Of a stretch of DNA of 64,000 nt, positions 1-12,010 are shown piece after piece (within the stretch, counting starts at the first letter, position 1; each line of letters begins with the position of its first letter). The notes under the pieces were generated by a model. The model searched no databases. It had not been told where the DNA came from and worked only from the letters and a program-made list of their open reading frames with translations. Position numbers and translations under genes: made by a program. The stretch comes from Squalus acanthias (Eukaryota). The DNA lies in the NCBI GenBank assembly GCA_030390025.1, contig CM059432.1, positions 101,372,001 through 101,436,000 of the forward strand. Reading direction: 5' to 3'.

Positions 1-899
1 TGCAACTGGAGATACTGAAGAAGGAAGCTGTAGACTGCAGGAAGATATCAATAAATTGGTCAGGTGGGCAGAACAGTGGCAAATGGAATTCAATCTGGAG
101 AAGTGTGAGGTAATGCATTTGGGGAGGGCTTACAAGGAAAGGGAATACACATTAAATGGTAGGACACTGAGTAGTGTAGAGGAACAAAGGGACCTTGGAG
201 TGCATGTCCACAGATCCCTGAAGGTAGCAGGCCAGGTAGATAAGGTGGTTAAGAAGGCAAACGGAATGCTTGCCTTTATTAGCCGTGGCATAGAATACAA
301 GAGCAGGGGGGTTATGCTTCAACTGTATAAAACACTAGTTAGGCCTCAGCTAGAGTACTGCGTGCAGTTCTGGTCACCATATTACAGGAAAGATGTGATT
401 GCACTAGAGAGGGTACAGAGGAGATTTACAAGGATGTTGCCGGGAGTAGAGAATCTTAGCTAAGAGGAAAGACTGGATAGGCTGGGTCTGTTTTCCTTGA
501 AACAGAGGAGGCTGAGGGGAGACCTTATTGAGGTGTATAAAATTATGAGGGGCATAGATAAAGTGGATAGAAAGGACCTATTTCCCTTAGCAGAGGGGTC
601 AAAAACCAGGGGGCACAGATTTAAAGTAATTGGTGGAAGGTTTAGAGGGGATTTGAGCGGAAATTTCTTCACCCAGAGGGTTGTGGGGTTCTGGAACTCA
701 CTGCTTGAAAGGGTGGTAGAGGCAGGAACCCTAACCACATTTAAAAAGTACTTGGATGTGCACTTGGGATGCTGTAACCTGCAGGGCTATGGACCAAGAG
801 CTGGGAAGTGGGATTAGGCTGGATAGCTCTTTGTTGGCTGGCGCGGGCACGATGGGCCGAAATGGCCTCCTTCCGTGCTGTAACTTTCTATGATTCTAT
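1..899 (+). mobile_element. CR1 LINE, 3' portion (RT C-terminus and tail)
   Basis: WAEQWQMEFN..KC, LYKTLVRPQLEYCVQFWSP, RRLRGDLIEVYK; in-frame stop at 461-463; ends in ttctatgattctat. Confidence 0.95.
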
Positions 900-2142
900 A
901 ATCCACAATACTCATGTTAAAATAACATGCGAGAGAACATAGGATACAATTCTGAGGAAACACTTTTCAGAAATAAGACAAAATTCTGGCAGCACTTTGC
1001 CAGGAATTTCCTCCGAGCTGCTCCAACTCTACTGTCGTAACTTCGCCAGAAGTATGGGCGGAGCAGAAACAGCTCCGAATAAATTCCCGGGCAAGTTAAG
1101 ACTTGGAAAACATGCAACTTTGGGACAGAAAATATGCCACTCTCTCAAGCCTTTCTTAAATATTACTTACAACTGAATAAGAAGTTTCAAATACATTTGC
1201 AATTTCATAATTAATTGAAAATTGAGTCCATGATTAGAAAATTTGGGGCTATGACTATCAAAGTAGTGACAACTGGGTTCTGTACATGGATATTATAGAG
1301 AATGGTTTTAATTTGAATCAGAATAATTGAGTTGAGAAGTTAGAGAAAGAATAGGCAGATTGAGCTCGGTCATTAATGAGGATAGGTTAACAAACAGATG
1401 TAATTTATTGCATCTGAACCAATTGGAAATTTGTCAAAAAAATGACTGTGAAATGGGACATTTGTACATCTTAACTATCCCAAAATATCTGAGCAAAAGC
1501 GAAATAACATGAGAGGCGCTTTCTTTTGTAACCCAATAATAAAGTGGGGAAAAAATCAAACAAAACTCAGTACAACAGCAATATGATTTATACTTCGGTC
1601 ATAAAACTTTAATTTAGCGATCGAACCATATTCAAAAATAAAGTGGAAGACTGGTGTTATTATTAGTCAGGATCTGATGGTTAACAAAAAGCAGAAATGC
1701 CTTTATGGGCAGGAAACTAGCAATGGAGAACTGCTAGAGATCTATGGCACAAAACATTGAAATCCATGTGGAATTATTTGAGGGAATTAAGGGACATTCT
1801 GAGTACTAATCATGGGGACCTTTAATTAAACAGAATTAAATTGCACAGAAAGGGGATCACATTCCAAAGAGGGATTGGGCAACTTCATAGACCTTGTATA
1901 TGATTGCTTCTTTATAGAAAAAAGAAACTGAGAGTAGCCTAATTTTAGAATGCCAAGGCGATTCTCTAGATTTAATTCTTTAACCCCAGGGAATTTTTAA
2001 GATGGCACCCATTCATTTATTGAGAGCTGGGAGACAGCTCACATGGCTTGTCAGGGAGTTTTAGAACATCTGTCATGTTTATAACATTCCTCACTAAATA
2101 CACAGAATAACATTGCATATAACAAAGAAACATTTAATGGCA

Positions 2143-4570
2143 AACAACTACAACAATTTGTATTTAGATAGCACCTTTAACAAAGAAAAAGCCGTCACAA
2201 GGTGCTGCAAAGAGGTATGAGGAAAACAGATACCTAGCCAAAGAAACAGAAATTTGGAGAGGTGAACAAAAGCTTGGTCAAAGAGATGAGTTTTAAGGAG
2301 GCTTTAACAGAGGAGATGGAGCTGGAGGTGGAGGGTTTCGGGAAGGAATTCAAAAATGTAGGATCCAAGCAACAGAAGGTATAGTTGCCAGTGGTGGAGC
2401 GAGATGAGGGAGGATGCACAAGATGCCAAATTCTGAGGCAGAGTGTGTCTGGGGAGGTGATCACAAGACTGGAGGAGGCTACACAAATAGGGAAATTGAG
2501 GTTATAGAGGTGTTTAAAGACAAGGATGAAAATGTTAAATTTCAGCCACCGGGGGACTGGAAACTAAAGTATGTTCAGTGAGAATGGGTGTGATCGCTGT
2601 GTGGACCTTATTATAGAATAGGATATGGGCAGAGTTTTGGATGAGCTGGAGTTTATGGAAAGTGGAGGACGGGAGACTGACAAGGAAAGCATTGCAGTAA
2701 CTGAGTCTAGAGGTGATGAAGGCATGTATGAAGATTTCAGCACCAGATGAGCTTATTTAATGGTGGAAGTGGGCAATGTTACAGAGCTGGCTGTAGGCAG
2801 ACTTTGTGATGGAGAGGAGATGGAGTCAGACAGTCAGCTTGGAACTGAATATGACAATGAGAATGCAAACAGTTTGGTTGAGCCTGAGATGTGCCCAAGG
2901 AGGAGGACGGAGTCAATGGCGAAGGGACTTGGTGGCATGGGCCGAAAACGATGGCTTCAGTCTTCATAATATTAAGCAGAAGGAACTTGAGACTTATTCA
3001 AAACTAGATGTCAGACAAGCAGTCTAACAGCACAAAGGTAATAGAGGGGTTGATAGAGGTGGAGAAGAGGTAGAGCTAGGTGTAATTTGCATACATGTGG
3101 ATGTAAGGAAAGGGTTAATCGGATTGACTTGGTGTGCTAATGTGATACTGCGAATGATTTTTCTTTATATTGTAGTAATATTAACTTTTAGCCTTTGTTA
3201 AGTAGAGAAGTATTATTCTTAAATGATAATATCTTAAAATGGTTAGAAGTACACAGCAATTCTAAGGTTGTAGCCACCTGTTCAATGAAAAATGTTAATA
3301 GCAGACATGGGTAAGAAAGGGTTGAGCACAGATACAGGACAGGCAAAAAAGCTTCCTTTGTTCATTAATTAGAAAGGAGGCCTTGAAGTCTTACTTAAGA
3401 TAAGCACTTGCCTGAGAAAGACCACAGTCTATAGCCAGGAAGGTTAGGGAGTGTTGCAAGCATGGATCTGTGGCTGCAAGGACAGAACATGATCAAATCC
3501 GTGTTGAATGATATGTAAAAAAAAATGATATGTAACTAAACATGCAAATTGGCACAGAGAAGGGGTAAGGAAATGGTTTAAGAAGTGAGTTTTGGAACAC
3601 ATACTTTAGAATTTGATTATGGTCTGATCAACCTGTATACTGAGCTCAACTGTAATGCATTTGGGTTCTCTGGTTAAAACTTGCACTGTTTTGTTGTAAA
3701 TACTGCTGTTAGTGGTAAGTATATATTTAATTATTGTATGCTTAATAAATCTGTGACATCTGACATTCCATGTTCCAAACCCTATTGATTTGAGGAGTAA
3801 ATTCTAAGTAAGAACACACTCATTCACCCCAACCGCTAACGTGAAAGCTGACCTATGTCTGCAGATGATGTCACAAAGGGGCAGCATGTAGGTGAGCAAG
3901 AGGAGCCGGTCAAGAGTCAATCTTTGAGGGATTCCAGATGTGACAATGCATGGGGTGGGAAGAGAAGTCACTAGTAGAGATTCTTTGACAAGGAAGACTG
4001 GAACCAAGTGTGGGCAGAGGACAATGTGAAGGAGCATTGGAGAAGGAACAGTGTGGTTGACTGTGTCAAAAGCTACAGAGAAATCAAGGAGGACAAAGAG
4101 GGATATGTATAATGGTCACAGCCAGAGGGAATGTTGCTCATGACTTTGGTTAGGGCCGTATCAGTGCTCAGTGGTAGCAGCTGGAATCGAAAGAGTGAGG
4201 TCCTTCAGAGATGGGCATGGAGCTGGGAGGTGACAACATATTCAATCAAAGGATAGTTAATCAGGAGCCAGCAGAGGTTGATCTTGGTGATCAGCAGAGG
4301 TGCAGAGTGGCCTTAGGTGCTAACAGTGGACACCAGCAGATCTAATGGGTCAGCAGAGTAATGTGGTTCAGTGGGAGTGAAACCCATGGGCCAACGGCAG
4401 CAAAGTTTGATGAGCCAGGGGATGCTGAAGAGTAAATCTAAAAGATCAGCGCAGATGAGGAAGATGTTTATAAGAGCTGTAGTAGGATAGTGAGGAGTAG
4501 ACAATACTGAGAGCATCAGCAAGCGCCCGAGGAGCAGGTCCAGACTGTGGAATACATAATTTATTTTTTT
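2143..4570 (-). mobile_element. Degraded L2-type LINE 3' region, interrupted at 3102-3841
   Basis: Tail reads aaaggtgctatctaaatacaaattgttg on minus; KTEAIVFGP motif; RT-like sequence is continuous across the insert (catacatgtgga | aagctgacc). Confidence 0.7.
3102..3841 (+). mobile_element. Candidate solo LTR inserted in the L2
   Basis: About 740 bp interrupting the L2; starts TGTAAGG, ends CTAAC(G), aataaa near 3744, flanked by (g)tgga / (g)tgaa. Confidence 0.5.
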
Positions 4571-5750
4571 CTTGGGCAAGGTCTTAACAACTCATTTGTG
4601 ACTTCAACATTCACGAGTTATTAGGTCTCTGATATCTGGAATATATATTATATAATCTGCTACATCTATCTCAATCTTCTATTAATGGCCTCAACTGTAA
4701 TAATGCTGTGGGTACACATGGGAGTTAATGTTAGATGCAATAGACTGAATGGGAAAAATGGCCTTTCGATGTGGTATGAAAACTGTTAATAGACAGTACA
4801 ACACACACATACACAAAACTGATGGTTATAGAAATGTTTAGCAGACAGTTGTTCTGCATGCTTCAGGAGTAACAGATTCCTCTCGGCAGAACCCTTTTGC
4901 ACTGTTTATATTGCATTTGGTAGCAGAAGGCAACTCAGACCTAACACTAATTGGAAAATGTTCTTACATAAAAATTCTGATGAAGAAATGCAAAAAAGTA
5001 GCTCCATCTGGCAAAAAAAACATCTTGGGACTTCAGCAGTTCATTGAACAGAAATCATTTTGTGTAAGGTCATTGAACAAACAACTGACTTTTGGAATTC
5101 TAACAGGTTCAATAGCAAGGGATTGCACTTCTTCGGTAGCTCTGCTAGATAAAATGTGTGGTTATTATTTTCCAGGTTTAAGAGCCCAAGTGAGAATGGA
5201 TTCAAAATTACACAGTTACAGTGCAACTAAAGGAAACAGGCAAGGGGTGAAAAAGGAATGCTTCAACAGATAGTTCTCCCTCGCAGAGGATACCATTTTT
5301 GAACTTCTGCATTTTCAACTTACACCATGAGAAGCTTGCGTCAGTACCAAAGTATTCATGATTTACGTTTATCAATTTCTGACTGATCAAGTCTTGCATT
5401 TTATTAATGGGTTCAGGCTACTCCTTCACACTGAAATTAAATATGTCAATGTAACAATTAAGGAGCCAATACTTGTACATAACTGCATTATAACAAATTC
5501 CACGTGGAAACTTTTGATGATGTCAGCGGTGTCAGGCGTAATATTAACATTAAGCTAGGGGGAGTCCTGCACTGTCTGCTGCCCAGTAGCAGAACCACAG
5601 CGGGAAGAGCCAACTGGCCAGAATAGTTTAAGGTAAGTGTAAGAAATTTTCTTCTGTTTGAACTCCACTCGATGAGTCTTTGAGCCTTGCCCTGCCGATC
5701 GCGAGGAAATCCCCAGCCCTGGCTACCCCTCAATTGCACAGGAATACATC

Positions 5751-6316
5751 CCTTCATCAGAACTGGAAAAAGCTGGAGATGTAACAGGTTTTAAGCAGGT
5801 GCAGAGGCAGGGGGGTGGTTGGGGGGGGGGGGGGGCGGTGGGAGGAGAGGAAGATAACTGGAGGGACAGTCTGTGCTAAGGTAGGAGGCAGGAAAGATAA
5901 AATATGGCAAATGGAGATGGCAACCTCGAGGAACAGCACCTCATCTTTCGATTAGGCACTTTACAGCCTTCTGGACTCAACATTGAGTTCAACAATTTCA
6001 GACTATAACCCCTGCCCCCATTCTTCAGGCTGTATGATTTTGCCATCCCTATTTGCAACGTTTTATCTTTCCTGCCTCCTACCTTAGCACAGAATGTTCC
6101 TTCAGTTATCTTCCTCCCCTCCCACCCACCCCCACCTGCCTCTGCACCTGCTTAAAATCTGTTACATCTCCGGCTTTTTCCAGTTCTGATGAAGGGTCCC
6201 AGACCTGAAACGTTAACTCTGTTTCTCTCTCCACAGATGCTGCCTGGCCTGCTGAGTATTTCCAGCATTTTCTGTTGTTATTTCAGATTTCCAGCATCCG
6301 CAGTATTTTGCTTTTA
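5751..6316 (+). mobile_element. Penelope-like element 3' fragment with an inverted partial pseudo-LTR
   Basis: 5751-5903 is the reverse complement of about 6060-6195. The spacer encodes LEEQHLIFRLGTLQPSGLNIEFNNFR, identical to the C-terminus of the ORF at 59874-61238. Confidence 0.9.
6182..6218 (+). ncRNA. Minimal type I hammerhead ribozyme motif
   Basis: agtt-CTGATGA-agggtc cca gacct-GAAA-CG-TT-aact: stem I agtt/aact, stem II, palindromic ACGT stem III, GUU site. Confidence 0.8.
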
Positions 6317-6427
6317 TAAGAATATACTGTACATGGATTGCAAAAAATCTTTTTGCCATTTGCATGTCTTGATAGTCTGGCAGACATATTCATAAGATAG
6401 AAAATTTACTGTCTATACAGACTGTAA

Positions 6428-7761
6428 AGGGTAGATTTTCAGAGTCTTCACCTTTGGTGAGGTGTCTGGGCTGCTCTGAGTATGGAACAAAATAAAAATC
6501 ACAGATACACTGCCTGACATTTTCCACTCTCAGAAACAGCGCAACTTCTCTAATCTCACAGTTTAGTTGAAAGTTGTGTTGTGGGGCTTTACTGTTGTGA
6601 GCCCATTGATGACTTCCACCTCATGGCATGTAGATCAATACTACTTGGGAAGGCCAAGTTACTAATGTCATCCCAAGCGAACACTTGAAGGGAGTAACCA
6701 TTCGATATATTAACAGTATTATACGGATCATCAATTTTGGCCCCATATGGTTCTCACCTTTTCTGTGAATGTCTTCTTACTGTTATAGTACTGAAAGCAT
6801 TTACTTCTGTTATGTTCTGCATCTGCAGCTATGTTTTTTTTCCACATAACAACATTACCTTTTCATCGTGTTGTATGTACAAGCCACCTGCAAATTCCAA
6901 GAAGCAAAGTACTGCAGATGCTGGAAATCTGAAATAAAAACAGAGAATGTTGGAAACACTCAGCATGCCAGGCAGTATCTGTGGAGAGAGAAAGGGGAGG
7001 GTTAACGTTTCAGGTCTTATGATCCTTTGTCAGAACCCTGACAACAGATTATCAACCTGAAACTCTAACCCTACCTTTCTCTCTCCACAGATGTTACCTG
7101 ACTTGCTGAGTGTTTTCAGCATTTTCTGTGCAAATTCCAAGACATGTACCAACTCATGTGAGTAAGGCATACCTCTTTATGTACATACGGTACTGCTAAT
7201 AATTAGGTTTTTTTCCCCCCCTTTCCACTGCAGAAACACTCAGGCCATCTGGAGAGAGACCAACAGCTGTGACAAGCACAGAAACAAGCCTTGAGGAAAG
7301 TGCTGGAACTCCTGAAGGACATGTTTGATCACAAATGGGAGTCATTGCAGGACACAGCATCTGTTATGCCATATGTGGCAACCACACAGCAAGAAGCAGC
7401 AGTTGCAGCATCCTTAGAAACACCCAGTCGCTAAGGTAAACATCATTGGCCTTCGGGTGAAGAATGGACAAACTCGCACAGGGCTTATTTGATGCAGCAT
7501 TCACAACTGAGGTTTTGGAAGCTGCAGGTGGGAGAAACTGCAGCCCTGTTCTGACCTCTGCATTGGTGTGCAGATTGCTGTTTCAAACCACAAAACACTA
7601 TGTAGATTGGCATAACAAAATATTACAAATTCTGGTCTTCCGTAGATATCTTCTCAGATTCAGTGCCATCAGTCACTCTCATGAACGATGTAAACATCTT
7701 AATTTTTTAACGAGATCTACTTTTTCTCCCAGAGCCTGATGTGAAAATGAAAATCCATCCT
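6428..7761. mobile_element. Old Harbinger-type non-autonomous element
   Basis: Imperfect TIRs agggtagattttca / tgaaaatccatcct. Confidence 0.4.
6903..7128. mobile_element. Head-to-head Penelope pseudo-LTR mini-insertion with 14-bp TSD
   Basis: Two inverted copies of the PLE 3' end with degenerate hammerhead cores; direct repeat tgcaaattccaaga at 6889-6902 and 7129-7142. Confidence 0.85.
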
Positions 7762-7804
7762 TATAAAAAATAGAATTGTATTCGCTCACTAAACTAGAAT
7801 TAGT

Positions 7805-8276
7805 GGGGTGGAAATTTGCCAGCAGTGGTCCTCAGCTAAGTCCTGGGATGGGGGCGGCGGGGTTGTGGGGAGTGGTGGGTGGAGAAAAATGCAGAGCGCA
7901 GGCTGGCAGTGGCCTGCAGTAGCACTGTGAAGCGGGAGGAATAAAATAAAAACTTTCCCTATCATTTCTTCGGCGGCCTCCAGCGGTCCCTTTAAGAACC
8001 GCTGTTTAGGTTGCTGTAGAACTGGAAAAACTAATGCGTGGCATATGCTCTGTCTAGTTTTTCACAAATGTTGTAGAGTGGTCCTGAATCAGGCACAGGA
8101 CCCCTCTTTGCATATTTAACTTGATCCAACGCTGCTTTTAGGTGACTGCCAGGTACGCCTAAAAAACCCTCAGGACCATTCTGGTGGCAGTCACGCGCAG
8201 GACCTCACGCCCAGAAATTGGTATTGCGCAAACTTTACACCTGAAAAATGGGGGAAATGTATACCAATTTCTACGT
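7805..8276. mobile_element. Harbinger-type MITE remnant
   Basis: ggggtggaaattt ... aatttctacg ends; relatively CpG-rich interior. Confidence 0.35.
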
Positions 8277-8785
8277 GGTGTTTTAAAAATTGTACAGAAC
8301 AAGATAAATATTTACTCCAACAGTCTGAGAGACAGATTCATCTGCTTATTTTAACATAAATGAATAAAATATTGGATTTTTACTGTAAATGGGTAGTAAT
8401 TTGACAATAACAAGAATGTCATAAATTCAGTTACATTGAGTTTTACTATCGAAAACTTGAAATTGAGTTTTCTATGTCTCAGTTCAGTGTAAGCAGATTC
8501 CCCATATCTGTGCATTTTGGAAAGTTTGGTTCAGTTAAGAGTAGATATGCTCATTATTGCTGGTGTTGTGGATAATGCTAAATTCACTGTTGTGAACTTA
8601 TAGTAAAGGTTTATCTCGTACAGTTTTCTTGATATAACCTGTACTTGAGGGTACTTGTCAGAAATTGTGCTTCTTGGTCTCTATTATACTGTGCAAGAGA
8701 AAGAAAGCTACCTCAGGAGTATTGTTACACACAGGTGATTAAATGCAAACACAATTCGCGGAATAAGTAAGGACAACTTCATATA

Positions 8786-9110
8786 ACACAACAACTTGCA
8801 TTTATATAGCGGCTTTAACATAGTAAAACATCCCAAGGCGATTCATGGGAGTGTTATCAGAGGTGGCGAGGCAGAGAGGTTTAGGAAGGGAATTGTAAAG
8901 TTTAGGGCCTAGACTGCTGAAGGCACAGCCACCAATAGTGGGGCGAATGAAATCGGAGATGCACAAGAGGGCAGAATTGGAGGAACATAAAGTTCTCTGT
9001 GGACTGTAAGCTGGAGAAGGTTACAGAGATGGAGCGGGGGAGGGGGTGAGCCAATGGAGGGAGTTAACACAAGGATGAGCATTTTAAATTTGAGGCGTTG
9101 CTGCTCAATG
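8786..9110 (-). mobile_element. L2-type LINE 3' fragment
   Basis: acaacaacttgcatttatatagcggctttaacatagtaaaacatcccaaggcg tail; QRLKFKMLILV motif. Confidence 0.75.
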
Positions 9111-9232
9111 AGCAATTACTGTAATGTAAAATTATTTTAACAAGAGAAAATAAGAAGACAGATATGAATGGAAGAATCCAGATTCCTTATTACAGATTCT
9201 GCTAATACCACAGATAGAAATGCAGACACATA

Positions 9233-11053
9233 GGCCCCGATATTAATCTGGAGGCAGCTTCCGAGTGGGGGTGGGTGGAATTGTGTGGGGAAACCTGGAA
9301 GTCAACTGAGCGGGCCAGAATCTGCGAGCTCACCTCAATTGTACCAATTAATTTTGACTTCCAGGTTTTGCATCCCCAAGCTGCACAGGGGGCATGATGT
9401 GCACCCGAATAACACGATCACAGCTGTATTTAAAGGGAGAGTTCACAAATGTAAATTGGAGTTGTTCAGAGTGGATGCTGGACATAGAGCAAGGGCAGCC
9501 CCCAGATTTAATGAGGCCTCATTGGAATTACTGCTGGGTGCTGTCAGGAGGGACATACTTTTCCCCAGCAATGGGAGGAAGAAACCTGCAGTTCTCACCT
9601 AGATTGCGTGGTTGGAGGTAGCTGAGGAGGTGAGCAGCAGGAGCGTTGTGCCCAGGTCATAGATGCAATGTACAAAGCGGTTTAATGACCTAACCAGGTC
9701 AGGAAAAGTGAGTACATTTGCTGATTCAACTACATCCTGTACTTTAAGCCCCCTCTTCCACTCTGTCTTGCTAAGTGTTCTCCATCACATCACTCCTCAC
9801 ACCTACTCAATTTTCAGCAACATCCAGCCTTCTCTTTCTATGCACTTCATCACCTCCGCATTCATCCATCCACCATGGACACTCACCCTAAAAGCATATC
9901 AGCAATCAGGACAGGGATCTGAGCAGCCTGCCACTACCTCTGCTGAAGCCACATGGGATGCATCAAGTAAAAATGGTAGGAAGCATAAGTTAAAGAAATT
10001 GTAAATCACCAAGTGTATGTTTGACAAAATGTTATGTTGTTAAGGTTGCTTTTTTTTTAATAATGCCACATAAAGTTTATTGATTAGCTCCATTTCCACA
10101 TCTTGTCCATTATTGCATCTCGAGGGGCAACTCGCCCTTTCACACGTTTCATGATGAATGTCAATACATGTCGGGACCCATTGTCGGGTGTGCAATGGGT
10201 GGGTGAGTGGTTGAAGTTACTATTTAGTGCAAAGTGGGGGTGGAGGGGGTTGTTGGTGCTGGTGGTAGGAGCAGACCACAGGGTTTCATTTATTATGTTT
10301 CACACTTGGTGAACCTTCGCGATATGAGAGCATCCCTTGCATCACGGGCAGCACCTTAAGCGGCTGGTCTGGCGATGGGTGCCCCATCTTCATCCTCCTC
10401 CTCTATGTTCTCCTCATCTGAAGTTGAGTGATGAGCCTCTTCGTACTCTTCCTCCTGCAAAACTGTCTCCTGTGCACATGCTGGTCCCACCACAGTATGT
10501 TGTTGCTGTCGTGAATGGTGATGATCTTCAGCTTCTGATGTGCAGTCAAACACATCCAAGTCGCCTCCTATCTTGATCTTGTCAATTTGAAATCCTCAAA
10601 GGTTGAAAAAAGCTGTATTCACACAAGCACTCTCTGCCAAATATTTTCCAGAGAGAATTGAGACAGCAGCTGCAATAAGTGAGCTTTTATTCAGATGGGA
10701 CAATGACAAGTTTATAACCCATCTGAACTGCTGCTCAAACTTGCCTCCCTTTCCCTGGACAGTTTCCCCGAGTCCCAGGAAACCTGTGCTGCTCAAGTAA
10801 ATTTTGGAGCCAAGTTAAAAACAATTTAAACATACCTCATTAACATCTCCTAAAGACATTAATTGCACCAATAAGTATACGCCTCCATTCAATTAGGAAA
10901 TCCCCGACTTCGGCGAGTAGGTTTCTCGCCAGTTAAACCGGGAGGTCGGAGTGTTGGGGCTGGTTTGCGCTCCTGCTCTAAATATCAATAATTTTTATCC
11001 CCCACTCGCTCCCAACCCACCCTTTCGTGGGGGTTAAAATTCCCCCCCCCCCC
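9233..11053. mobile_element. Internally deleted PIF/Harbinger transposon
   Basis: ATA on both sides. Plus-strand Myb/SANT remnant about 9470-9707 (RAAPRFNEASLELLL..AWLEVAEEVSSRSVVPRS*MQCTKRFNDLTRSGK) followed by a gtgagt donor. Minus-strand acidic, transposase-like C-terminus about 10310-10560. Confidence 0.8.
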
Positions 11054-11670
11054 ATAGAGTTATTTAAAGCATATTGAAGATGTATTTAAGTGTGTTAAAA
11101 CAGTTCATCTGAAGCCAGTGACTTTGCTTTAAAATATAATGGGAGAGATCCGTAGCACCAAAGCAATTATTGTGCTGTAAAAAATGAAATATTTTAACAG
11201 CAGCCAAGTGCTGCAAGTAAGTTGGTGGCTTAATGCTACATGTCATGGGAAGTGAGGACAGACACTTCAAATCTCTCAATTCTCCTCTCTCTCTGCATGG
11301 AACTTTCCTATCCCCCAATCTTGCCATAAAGTGAAAATGAAGCAAATGAAGCAAATCCTCAAAGGGGGCAATCGAGTAAACATTAAATGGCAGGTGTAAA
11401 TCTCATGTATATCCCAGCATTCAACTCAAGTGAGCCAGTTAAAAAGGCCTGGAAACGGCTCACCTGCCAGACTGTATGTACATTATAGCTGGAGTATTGA
11501 TGCAAAACAAAATCACTTCACACCTGATACGCCAGGGTTCTTGGTTGGGTAGTGAGTTAGGTGTAGCAAAACTTTTAAGTGGAGAAAAACATCTAAAAAT
11601 GGAGGTGAGAATGAAAAAGAAATGGTAATTAAGCACTTCTACTAGAGAATGTGAGTTATATAGTTAGTGT

Positions 11671-12010
11671 AACGCTTCAAGGACACCCTCAAAGCCTCCT
11701 TGAAAAAGTGCAACATCCCCACCGACACCTGGGAATCCCTGGCCCAAGACTGCACAAAGTGGAGGAGAAGCATCCAGGAAGGCGCTGAACACCTCGAGTC
11801 ACTTCGCCGGGAGCAAGCGAAAGCCAAGCGCAGGCAGCGCAAGGAGCGCACGTCAACCCAAGCACCCCACCCACCCGCCCCTTCAACCACCGTCTGCCCC
11901 ACCTGTGACAGAGACTGTAGGTCCCGCATTGGACTCCTGAGTCACCTGAGAACTCATTTTTAATGTGGAAGCAAGTCATCCTCGGTTCCGAGGGACTGCC
12001 TAAGAAGAAG
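11671..12010 (+). mobile_element. RTE-clade LINE 3' end
   Basis: RFKDTLKASLKKCNI..WESLAQD...WRRSI, terminal CPTC..SRIGLLSHLRTH zinc finger, taagaagaag tail. Confidence 0.85.

Noticed and set aside
4911..5558. ORFs of 60-120 aa in AT-rich unique-looking DNA (also 16581-16943, 54069-54555)
   Set aside because: No domain similarity or convincing splice structure; lengths expected by chance.
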